Virus record (IMG/VR): IMGVR_UViG_3300046838_000032
Location: 1-59,165 of that record
Strand: one strand, 5' to 3'
Length of the DNA: 59,165 nt
Source of the DNA: a virus
Shown here: positions 1-8,006 of the stretch, piece by piece
How the letters are laid out: every line of letters starts with the position of its first letter
How positions within the stretch are numbered: position 1 is the stretch's first letter
The notes under the pieces: model-generated
The model's database searches: none
The model's input: the letters and a program-made list of their open reading frames with translations, nothing else
What the model was told of the DNA's origin: nothing
Made by a program: the position numbers and the translations under genes

Positions 1-127
1 CGAGCGGTACGGTGCAGCAGTTTACCTTTACGATCTTCTCGGCAGATTTGCAAAGCCCGCTCCTCGTCTTGCCGTCTACCTATATTCTGAAGTGCGCGCC
101 GCACAATGCGGAGTCGTTTGACGTTAT
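1..127. repeat. Terminal direct repeat identical to 59039..59165 (circular-contig overlap)
   Basis: Bases 1-127 match 59039-59165 base for base on reading. 127 nt is a typical assembler k-mer overlap. Unique length is about 59038 bp. Confidence 0.95.
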
Positions 128-149
128 CGCGTTCGGTGGAGATTTCTAG
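1..149 (+). CDS. 3' end of the wrap-around virion gene that starts at 58786
   Basis: The frame of the ATG at 58786 continues through the 127-bp overlap to TAG at 147-149. The joined protein is 133 aa. Confidence 0.65.
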   Translation, partial: SGTVQQFTFTIFSADLQSPLLVLPSTYILKCAPHNAESFDVIAFGGDF

Positions 150-152
150 GCG

Positions 153-731
153 ATGAATCAAGGGATGGTCGGCTGGCCGGCTGTCACGACGCACATGTCT
201 CCCACTCCCATATCCCGCATCGTGGTCGGCAGGGATGTGACGAGTCCGACGGCATCGGTGTCATTCCTGAATATCCCCCAGAATTTCAGCCAATTGCAGT
301 TTCGTATCTTGGGTCGCGGCGATAAGTCTGCAACGAACATCCAATTATTGAGGTGTCAGTTCAACGGAGATACGGGTAGCAACTATGACTCGTATCTTCA
401 GATGGAAGACAATAGCTATACGGGTGTAATTGTAGAGGCGATCTCGGCAGCCTTCTTGAATCTTACGGAGTTCACTGCGAGTACGGCCGCCACAAATGAC
501 GCAACTATGTGTGAACTCAATATACCCGACTATTCAGTATCGGGTGGATTCAATAAGATAACGAGTGTTTTTAGCACGAGCCGTGTTGCTACCGGCAGCA
601 ACAATATACGGCTGTTTTATCAAGCGGGGCACTGGGGAAGTACGGACGCGATCAGAACCGTAACGTTTTTGCTGGAAAGTTCCGCTAACTTCATAGCACC
701 CACGTCTTTCACGTTGTACGGGATTCCGTGA
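153..731 (+). CDS. Hypothetical protein, tail-fibre/baseplate region
   Basis: 192-aa ORF with ATG 4 nt after the previous stop. It is co-oriented in the structural block. Confidence 0.6.
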   Translation: MNQGMVGWPAVTTHMSPTPISRIVVGRDVTSPTASVSFLNIPQNFSQLQFRILGRGDKSATNIQLLRCQFNGDTGSNYDSYLQMEDNSYTGVIVEAISAAFLNLTEFTASTAATNDATMCELNIPDYSVSGGFNKITSVFSTSRVATGSNNIRLFYQAGHWGSTDAIRTVTFLLESSANFIAPTSFTLYGIP

Positions 732-1411
732 CCGACGCCCCAGCACCGTGTTACATCGCTGACTGGATTGGGACACCGGAACTATTCGACAGTCGTACTG
801 CGAACGGCGACGTTGGCGATATTACCAGCATCCTTCCGACCGATGGGAGCGGCGATACGGTTTCGCTCACGTTCGATCCGCGCGATGGTTCGCTGCACAC
901 GTTCGCTATCGCCATGCCGGACCCGATTCCGTCGTATCTGACGATGTACTGGCGGCCAGCGCTTCTCAACCGTGGTGATGTATTTCCGCCGCCGCCGAAT
1001 CCATTCGACCCAGGGCTCAGTAGTGGGCTTGGCGTAGTAACGATTCTGTTTGCAAATCGGTTGGTGGGCGAGAGCACTGCCGGCACAACTGGAGCGCGAA
1101 CGGGCTTTGGCTTGACAGGGTACATATTCTCTGACTACCCGCTAACCACGATCACGACGACGATCCCCGGCGGGTCGACGCACTGGTTCCTATCCGCAAA
1201 GGCTCCAGCTCGTGAGATGGCATCATCAACTGGAACAGCGATTGAGGATCAGCAGACCGGCGAGGGAAACCTGCACATCGATTTCTTCTGTACCGACCCA
1301 ATCGTAGACCTTGGTTACTCTTTCTATGGGAACTTGCCAATAAGCGGCTGGGAGTTCAACGGACAACTTGTCGGTCGACCGGCCTCCGTTCGTGCTCGGA
1401 TGATCAGTTAG
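728..1411 (+). CDS. Hypothetical protein, tail-fibre region
   Basis: 227-aa ORF. The GTG start overlaps the previous stop (GTGA at 728-731). Confidence 0.6.
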   Translation: MTDAPAPCYIADWIGTPELFDSRTANGDVGDITSILPTDGSGDTVSLTFDPRDGSLHTFAIAMPDPIPSYLTMYWRPALLNRGDVFPPPPNPFDPGLSSGLGVVTILFANRLVGESTAGTTGARTGFGLTGYIFSDYPLTTITTTIPGGSTHWFLSAKAPAREMASSTGTAIEDQQTGEGNLHIDFFCTDPIVDLGYSFYGNLPISGWEFNGQLVGRPASVRARMIS

Positions 1412-1413
1412 AC

Positions 1414-2055
1414 ATGCCACAACTTTCTCGACTTGCCGCCAATGTCGCATTGGACTCGCTGGGAATCTCGTTCATCAGCCTGCATACGGGCTATGCGCCG
1501 GATGGGCTCGAGTCCGAAGTCTTCGGCGGAGCCCCACCGTATGCACGGATACCAGTGACGTTCAATCCCGCAAGCAACGGACGCGTGACAGTCGCGACAC
1601 CTGACGATACCCATGCGCTCGTGTTCGACGTGCCACCGAATACAACGGTGTACTGGCTGGGTTTGTGGCTGGCTGACAACACCACATTCGCAGGGATGCT
1701 GCCGATTGGAAACAATATCGCAGTACCGTTCGCGCTCGGCGACGACATGATGACGTGCTATTGCCCAGGTCATCTATTTGGTGATGGCTATCAGGTAGTC
1801 CCCTGGAATCCGCTGGGTGGATTGACGAGTCTGCCAGTAACCCCGGACTTCATGGCGATCGGCGAGGGAGGGATCTACTACATAATCAACCCGACTCCGA
1901 CGAGCGTGCAGTTGTCGGATACATCCGGTGGTCCGCCGATTGTGTTCGGGCGGAGTGGGTCCGGGTTTCTGCAAACCATCACTCCCGTGGCATTCGCCAG
2001 CCAGGGGACGTTCCCGGTGTTCAATATCATCTTCGACGCGGCCGCCGGAGCGTAG
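1414..2055 (+). CDS. Hypothetical protein, tail-fibre region
   Basis: 213-aa ORF with ATG 3 nt after the previous TAG. Confidence 0.6.
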   Translation: MPQLSRLAANVALDSLGISFISLHTGYAPDGLESEVFGGAPPYARIPVTFNPASNGRVTVATPDDTHALVFDVPPNTTVYWLGLWLADNTTFAGMLPIGNNIAVPFALGDDMMTCYCPGHLFGDGYQVVPWNPLGGLTSLPVTPDFMAIGEGGIYYIINPTPTSVQLSDTSGGPPIVFGRSGSGFLQTITPVAFASQGTFPVFNIIFDAAAGA

Positions 2056-2086
2056 ACGGCGAGAATCAACCAAATCAATCGCGTGA

Positions 2087-2114
2087 AGCCCGTCAGTCGC
2101 GGGCTTTTTATTTT
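2087..2114 (+). terminator. Rho-independent terminator-like hairpin plus T-tract
   Basis: AGCCCGT / (G)CGGGCT stem with a 5-nt loop, followed by TTTTTATTTT, 30 nt after the stop at 2055. Confidence 0.6.
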
Positions 2115-2213
2115 GCCCATTACGGGTAGTAAGGAAGGTGTGCCACGGCTGACTTCACGAGCCTCAAATTTCAAGGGAATACAGGCACGAACGCATCGGC
2201 AGTTTGGACCGAT

Positions 2214-2876
2214 GTGCCGGCATCAGGCGCCGGCACCGGCCAAGAGTTGCGGTTTCTGGATGTGTCTACGGCTGGCTCGACAGCCTCCGCGTCCTGGCCG
2301 GCCGTCACACGACCTACCAGCGGCACCGCGGGCGTGGACTACCTGTACGTGTTCACGGGCGATACGACGAGCCTCGGCCTTTTTGGCACGACCAGCTCGA
2401 CGCCGGTGGCCTATTCGAACACGGCGCAGTATCTATTCATGCGAATGAACTGGGATAACACCGGCACCTTCGCGAGTGCACCGCGGTTCACGGCGTATCC
2501 CACGACCGGCCACGGCAGCATCACGCCTGGTGATAACTCGATCCTCGGCGGTAACTCGTCCGACACCTCGAGCACTGCGTACCTGAAGGGCAACGGCTTC
2601 GGCCGTGTCGTCTCGGGTGGCGCGCCGGCCGCAGCTCCGACGAACGCGCCTGTAGTGACGGACGGGACGGCTGGTGCTTCGACTCCATCGGCTGGCGCGA
2701 ACTGGCTGACGAACTTTCAGTCGTTGCAGGGCGATACGCAGTACATCGCCTTCCCATCGACGCCCGCCGCGACGACCGCGGATCAGTGGAACCTGATTAT
2801 CCGTCTGTTCCTCGGTGCCAACACAACCGCGGGTGTTGCAACTCCAGTAGTCAGCGCGAGATACACCTATAGCTGA
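2214..2876 (+). CDS. Hypothetical Thr/Ser/Ala-rich protein (start uncertain)
   Basis: 220-aa ORF from GTG 2214. The frame is open from 2133 with protein-like sequence but no canonical start. An AAGGAAGG RBS lies at 2131-2138. Confidence 0.5.
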   Translation: MPASGAGTGQELRFLDVSTAGSTASASWPAVTRPTSGTAGVDYLYVFTGDTTSLGLFGTTSSTPVAYSNTAQYLFMRMNWDNTGTFASAPRFTAYPTTGHGSITPGDNSILGGNSSDTSSTAYLKGNGFGRVVSGGAPAAAPTNAPVVTDGTAGASTPSAGANWLTNFQSLQGDTQYIAFPSTPAATTADQWNLIIRLFLGANTTAGVATPVVSARYTYS

Positions 2877-2880
2877 GCCG

Positions 2881-3315
2881 GTGATCATTCTTCCTGACCA
2901 AGGCACAATTCGAGCGCGCCTCGCGAATCGGTCGTATTGGCGACTGCGTTACACCGATGGGCGCGTAGTCTCGGAATGGGAAGTGGACTGGAGCATGGCG
3001 CCATTCCGCGGTCGTCAGGCGCTTCGGTTGCACTGCCCGAACGGTCAGGTCGTAGAACTCGGCGATGCGACCGGCGGCACGATTGATGGCCGTGTTTTCC
3101 AGTTCAAGGATGCGCTCGTATCTGCGGGCGGACCAAGCGGCACGCTCGCGCACATCGTTGGGCTGGTCGACACAACCAATGCTGACTGCCGCTATGCCGT
3201 GTGGCTCTATGGGGAGCAACGGCTCGCGACGGGACGATCAAACGTTCATAACTTTTCGTATGAGGGCGTGCCGGTTGGAGCGCTCGCCTTCGATCATCTT
3301 GGAGTGAACGTATGA
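2881..3315 (+). CDS. Hypothetical protein
   Basis: 144-aa ORF with a GTG start. Its stop overlaps the next ATG (ATGA at 3312). Confidence 0.5.
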   Translation: MIILPDQGTIRARLANRSYWRLRYTDGRVVSEWEVDWSMAPFRGRQALRLHCPNGQVVELGDATGGTIDGRVFQFKDALVSAGGPSGTLAHIVGLVDTTNADCRYAVWLYGEQRLATGRSNVHNFSYEGVPVGALAFDHLGVNV

Positions 3316-5210
3316 GGTGTATCGTTCATGTGAGGCTCGCCGGCGTACTCGGCTTGGGGATAGCGCTGAGTATTGCGGTGCTGCTCATCCAGTTACCTGC
3401 GACGGCGCAGACGTTGCCGATAGTGACGGTGACTGGAGTGACGTCGAACAACTCGTCGGCTCGTATTTTCTATAACCAGGTCCCCGGAGCCAAGGACTAT
3501 CGCGTTTACGACGTGGCGAATCCGAACGACGTCAAGTACGCGGGGCTCGTTCATTACGAGCCGCAGAGCGGCAAGACTCCTCTCGATCAGGTGGCGACGG
3601 ACATCGAGTGGAACGGGCTCCCAGACACTGCGGGGCATACGTTGGTTGTTGAAGCCGTCGATGCCCTCGGCCCGGTGCCAGAGGCGAACCTGTACAACAC
3701 GCCGAGTCCGAACGGTGCCCACGTTCCGCTTGTCGCTGGAGGCATGCTCGGCAGTAACAAGGGGCCGACCTCGGATGGCAAGACCAGCACGAACGGCCAG
3801 GGGCCATACACGGATCAGCCTAACGTGATCGCTCGCTCGCAGCCGTTCGTGGTGCACGCGGACCAGAGCATCACGCCATTAGGCAAGATCGCGGGCGCTA
3901 CGCAGCCGTTTCTGGATACGTTCGATCAGTCGGAAGCCGCGACATTGCAGCACACCGTCCACAACCCGTGCGGCACAGATGCCGTGGGCGATGTGGGTGT
4001 CGATGACTATGTGCTCAACGGCGGGACATCGAAAGAGTCAACCGTCGAGATGCGATTACATGATGGTGATAACAGCATGCCATTTATTAGCAGTTCCCAT
4101 TTTATGGACATGCTCTTCTCGGGCGGCACGTCATCATGTGGCGGTGGGACTGACATCACTTACGGATCGCTCGCGTTCTCGCCAAAGCAAACGGCGACGA
4201 TATTGTCCGGTAGTATCCTGCACCTAACGATGGAGGTTGATAATCACAGCGATTTCAACCGGTGGATGGCGTTCAACGTCTCGCCAGCTACTGATCCGAT
4301 CCAGTCATGGGAGCCGGATTTACATGTGGCGAATAATCACGCTCAGGCGCTTTACGTTGACCTCCTCGGTGAACGGCTCGACGTGCGCGTGTTCAACGGC
4401 AGTACGACGCCGGTATTCTCGCAGAGTCCCGCAGTTCTGGGTCAGCTCTATATTCCGAACGACTACATGCAGTCGGGCCGCGGGTTCGATGACCGATCAC
4501 GGCTCGATCTATTCGTATCGCAGACGCACCTTGCGGTGTTCGTAGACAACACGCTTGTGAGTCAGACCGATATCCCTGCAAGCGCGATGGCATGGTTCGA
4601 CGGTGCGGTTAAAACGTACTTCACCCACTATATGTACCACTCGGATAACAACGTCGATTTCCTAAGAAATGGGGAGATTAGCGGGTTCACGTTCTGCTAC
4701 CCCATGAACGCATACGAGTTCAATGATCCGATCCACGGGCTGAGCGGAAGTCAGAATCGGTGCGGCATTGCATATCCGCCAGGCTATGGATTTCCGCACT
4801 CTGACGAGCGGCATTGGGACAACATGGGATTCGAGGTAGTGCCCGCGTCGGCAACATCAGCTACCGACTTCTCGTCATTCGGCGCAGCTGTAAAACTTGG
4901 CGATCCACAAGCACCACACTTCACGAATGGACCGCCGCCACCAACGGCGACTCTACCAGCGAGCACGGCTACGCCTCAGCCGACCGCGACGCCCGCTCCA
5001 AATACGCCCGCTCCTACAAATACCGTGATGTCAAACACACCGATACCGACGAATACCGTTGTGCCGCCTACAGCGACTTCAACGTCGACAGTGGCTCCGT
5101 CTGCCACGCCAACGAGCACCGCAACTGCCATAGCGTGCTCGGTGCTTGCTATGGTCAATGGTCAGCAGCAATCGTTTACGCGTCCGGCTTCGTTCTGTAC
5201 GGATCAGTAG
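3312..5210 (+). CDS. Secreted protein with an N-terminal signal peptide and a C-terminal Pro/Thr-rich linker plus a Cys-Cys tail
   Basis: 632 aa. The N-terminus has a basic segment, then a hydrophobic stretch LGLGIALSIAVLLIQL, then ATAQT. There are about 70 aa of PT-rich linker near the C-terminus, which ends CSVLAMVNGQQQSFTRPASFC. Confidence 0.7.
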   Translation: MRCIVHVRLAGVLGLGIALSIAVLLIQLPATAQTLPIVTVTGVTSNNSSARIFYNQVPGAKDYRVYDVANPNDVKYAGLVHYEPQSGKTPLDQVATDIEWNGLPDTAGHTLVVEAVDALGPVPEANLYNTPSPNGAHVPLVAGGMLGSNKGPTSDGKTSTNGQGPYTDQPNVIARSQPFVVHADQSITPLGKIAGATQPFLDTFDQSEAATLQHTVHNPCGTDAVGDVGVDDYVLNGGTSKESTVEMRLHDGDNSMPFISSSHFMDMLFSGGTSSCGGGTDITYGSLAFSPKQTATILSGSILHLTMEVDNHSDFNRWMAFNVSPATDPIQSWEPDLHVANNHAQALYVDLLGERLDVRVFNGSTTPVFSQSPAVLGQLYIPNDYMQSGRGFDDRSRLDLFVSQTHLAVFVDNTLVSQTDIPASAMAWFDGAVKTYFTHYMYHSDNNVDFLRNGEISGFTFCYPMNAYEFNDPIHGLSGSQNRCGIAYPPGYGFPHSDERHWDNMGFEVVPASATSATDFSSFGAAVKLGDPQAPHFTNGPPPPTATLPASTATPQPTATPAPNTPAPTNTVMSNTPIPTNTVVPPTATSTSTVAPSATPTSTATAIACSVLAMVNGQQQSFTRPASFCTDQ

Positions 5211-5235
5211 CAGAAGTCTGGTGCCTCTCTACTTC

Positions 5236-5796
5236 ATGCCTACGGCGACAGATACGCGCGGTCACCTCGTTCCCAAATACACCAGCACGTTCACCGACGC
5301 TGGTTTCAGCGTCTCAACGATTCGGTTTGGCAATAATCCGCACGTGCTCGTGTTCTCGGATTGCGATGCTGCAACAGACGCAACGGTTGACGCTAACCCT
5401 GATGTGCAGCGACTACCTGATGATCTTGATTCAAGTCCCACATCTGGTCAGGTTACGGCAATTCAGAACTTTCTAGAGAACAACAATATCCCTGCCGGAT
5501 GGGTTTCGACCGCGATGTCCTGGCGTACGATTGTCCGTGGGGTGCTCGGTATTTTCCTATTCGTTCAGCGTTACCAGGGGGACGGTGGTCCGGCAGTATT
5601 CACGGGTGGCGTGACACTGAATTCGACGTTCAGTTCACTACCGCAGCCAGTGAGAGCGGCGATGCAACAGGCAGCGATCGAGCAAGGTTTCGATACGTCC
5701 AGTTTGTCGGGAGCCTCAACGCTGCGTCAGATCTTGCGAACGATGGGCTTACAGTGGGGAACGACACCGATTCTGATCGGTGGGCTGAGTATCTAG
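5236..5796 (+). CDS. Hypothetical protein
   Basis: ORF 5146-5796. ATG 5236 (or GTG 5221) is the first start after the upstream stop at 5210. Confidence 0.5.
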   Translation: MPTATDTRGHLVPKYTSTFTDAGFSVSTIRFGNNPHVLVFSDCDAATDATVDANPDVQRLPDDLDSSPTSGQVTAIQNFLENNNIPAGWVSTAMSWRTIVRGVLGIFLFVQRYQGDGGPAVFTGGVTLNSTFSSLPQPVRAAMQQAAIEQGFDTSSLSGASTLRQILRTMGLQWGTTPILIGGLSI

Positions 5797-5800
5797 ATTC

Positions 5801-6445
5801 ATGGCCCTTCCTAAATTAGAAAGCTTCACGGATACAGACGGAACGCTTCTAACCACACATGATGCAGGATGGATTAACCACACCACTGGAAGCGCCTCGG
5901 CGATGTCTATCAATCAGAACACAGAGCGTCCGACGGTCAGTAGTACGGACACGTTCTACTATTGGAATACTGATACGCCCAATGCGGACTAGTATTCACA
6001 ATCTGTGTGGATCGGCGTTCCTGGTAATGGCGAATACAATGGACCTGGTGTTCGCGTACAAACCGGAGTGAAGCAGGCTGGCTACTGGGTTGAATCTGAC
6101 TCTGGTGACCGTGGCATTTATGTCGATGGTATAACGCACATTTTTCTTGATACCGGAACGCTTACGTCGGGTGACCTGCAACGCTTGGAGATATCAGGTA
6201 CCACCCTTGTCTACAAACTGAACGGTACTTCGCTGAATGGGGCGGGTACTACTGACAATACGTACAGCAGTGCAGGAAAGCTTGGTATTTATAGTTACAA
6301 GTTCAATGTAGCTACGAACCCTGGTGAAGGGCTCGATAACTGGGAAGGTGGGAACATTGTCTCAACCCAGGACACGCCCGAACTACGAGGTCGGCCGTTC
6401 GGCCTGCGTGGTCAAGTTCAGATGCACCAACTCCTAGCGCAGTAG
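5801..6445 (+). pseudogene. LamG/ConA-like jelly-roll protein interrupted by an in-frame TAG at 5990-5992 (nonsense allele or readthrough)
   Basis: ORFs 5801-5992 and 6005-6445 are in the same frame and separated only by TAG. The joined sequence reads as one domain (...WNTDTPNAD*YSQSVWIGVPGNG...GKLGIYSY...LDNWEGGN). Confidence 0.5.
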
Positions 6446-6517
6446 CGATCTTTGGTCAGCAGCAGGCGGCCACTCGGCCGCTTTCGTTCTGCACCAATCA
6501 GTAAAGGAAATGTACGC

Positions 6518-6775
6518 ATGGCGATTATTGGCGCGAATCCAACAGATGCCCTGACGGTCAATACGCAAGTCGGAAATCTTTGCCGTCAGTTCATCATTTT
6601 GAAAGACACGGTGCATCGATTCCAGTCGTTCATGGCCGCCACGGACCTGACGGCATCACCGTATAGTTTCACTTCGGGCGACCAGGCAAACGTGAAGAGC
6701 GCCATTTCCGGGTTAGATACTGCTCTCCAAGCCGTGGACGCGACGTTTATCAACAGGACGACCGGCCTTTTCTAG
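6518..6775 (+). CDS. Hypothetical protein
   Basis: ATG 6518 is preceded by AAAGGAAA. 85 aa, within ORF 6452-6775. Confidence 0.5.
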   Translation: MAIIGANPTDALTVNTQVGNLCRQFIILKDTVHRFQSFMAATDLTASPYSFTSGDQANVKSAISGLDTALQAVDATFINRTTGLF

Positions 6776-6781
6776 ACTGGC

Positions 6782-7480
6782 GTGACTATCGCTCTCGTCA
6801 CACATGTATCTGGTTCATCATCCGGTGGTGCAGGCTTCACCACGTCATCAGTCGACACGACGACGGCTAACTTACTGGTCGCAGTCATCGGTGATCTAAA
6901 CACCGGATCGACCATTAGCGACAGCAAGTCGAACACGTGGACGAATATCTTCTCGTCGTCCGCAAGTGGCGTGGGTTACGCCCTGTATTACGTGAAGAAC
7001 GCCTCGGTCGGAAGCGGACACACGTTTACCCTAACTGCGAGCGGTCAGTTTCCGGCACTCTGCGTTGCCGCATTCAGCGGTGCCGATACGACCGCGCCAC
7101 TCGATCAGACGAACAGTCTGCTCGCTGGTAATAACTCGTCATTGCAACCGGGCAGTATCACCCCAGCGGCGAACAACGAGGTCGCGATTACCGCAGTGGC
7201 AACGGCTGCGGCAACGTCGATGAGTATCGATTCCTCATACAGCATTACGGATCAGGTGGCGTTCAGCGGTGGGACGCATTTTGGTGCTGCATTGGCTTAC
7301 ATCATTCAGACCAGTGCATCCGCTACAAATCCAACATGGACTAGTACTGGCGGGAACATGAATGGTGTCGGCATCGCATCATTCAAAGTTGGAGTTAGCG
7401 CTCAGGATACCCCGGAACTTCGCGGACGTCCGTTTGGACTTCGCGGCCAAGTTCAGATGCACCAACTTCTAGCGCAGTAG
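6782..7480 (+). CDS. Hypothetical fibre/receptor-binding-like protein with a shared C-terminal 25-aa peptide
   Basis: 232-aa ORF with a GTG start. The C-terminus QDTPELRGRPFGLRGQVQMHQLLAQ is identical to that of 5801-6445. Confidence 0.6.
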   Translation: MTIALVTHVSGSSSGGAGFTTSSVDTTTANLLVAVIGDLNTGSTISDSKSNTWTNIFSSSASGVGYALYYVKNASVGSGHTFTLTASGQFPALCVAAFSGADTTAPLDQTNSLLAGNNSSLQPGSITPAANNEVAITAVATAAATSMSIDSSYSITDQVAFSGGTHFGAALAYIIQTSASATNPTWTSTGGNMNGVGIASFKVGVSAQDTPELRGRPFGLRGQVQMHQLLAQ

Positions 7481-7502
7481 CGCAAACGAAAGGGAAAAGA
7501 CC

Positions 7503-8003
7503 TTGGGAAAAATCACCGTCCTGGGCGCCGAGAACATCACCCTGACTACAGGTGTGACCGGGCTAGCTGCGTTTCAAACTGCTGCGGCCGGCTCAGCGGC
7601 GGCAAATGTATTCCTCAAGCGTTTGGAGATTTCGCAGAACGGCTCGACCACGCTAGGCATGGTCCGTGGGGCGATCAGCACGACGACACATACCACAGTG
7701 ACCGTGACTTCCACGACGCCGACTAATGTTCGACCGGCTGGTGGCGCAGCCTCAGGACTGACCGGGAATACGGCTGTGGCTGGAGGTACTGCCCGATCAG
7801 GTACGAACGTGTCGGCCGCTAGCGGCGGCGCATACGCAAACTTGCACCTGTTCAACTTCGCGAATACGTCGGGCTATCTCTGGAAGCCTGATCCTGAAGA
7901 AGAGATCTGGATACCGGCATCGACAATCTGCGTTGTTAGGTTCCTTGCTGATCCAGGGGCCCTAACGGCATGGACAGTCTCGCTCTGGCTGAAAGAGGAG
8001 TAA
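7503..8003 (+). CDS. Hypothetical virion-region protein
   Basis: 166-aa ORF with a TTG start after AAAGGGAAAAG. Confidence 0.55.
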   Translation: MGKITVLGAENITLTTGVTGLAAFQTAAAGSAAANVFLKRLEISQNGSTTLGMVRGAISTTTHTTVTVTSTTPTNVRPAGGAASGLTGNTAVAGGTARSGTNVSAASGGAYANLHLFNFANTSGYLWKPDPEEEIWIPASTICVVRFLADPGALTAWTVSLWLKEE

Positions 8004-8006
8004 TAG

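Noticed and set aside
1-127. The terminal repeat could be a biological direct terminal repeat of a linear virion genome.
   Set aside because: This cannot be decided from sequence alone. An exact 127-nt overlap equals a common maximum assembler k-mer, and it restores an ORF, so circular-assembly overlap is the simpler reading.
5990-5992. The in-frame TAG could be evidence of genome-wide amber reassignment.
   Set aside because: Many well-packed genes end in TAG with the next gene starting immediately after, for example at 1409-1411, 2053-2055, 10653-10655, 11644-11646 and 46963-46965. TAG therefore functions as a stop in this genome.
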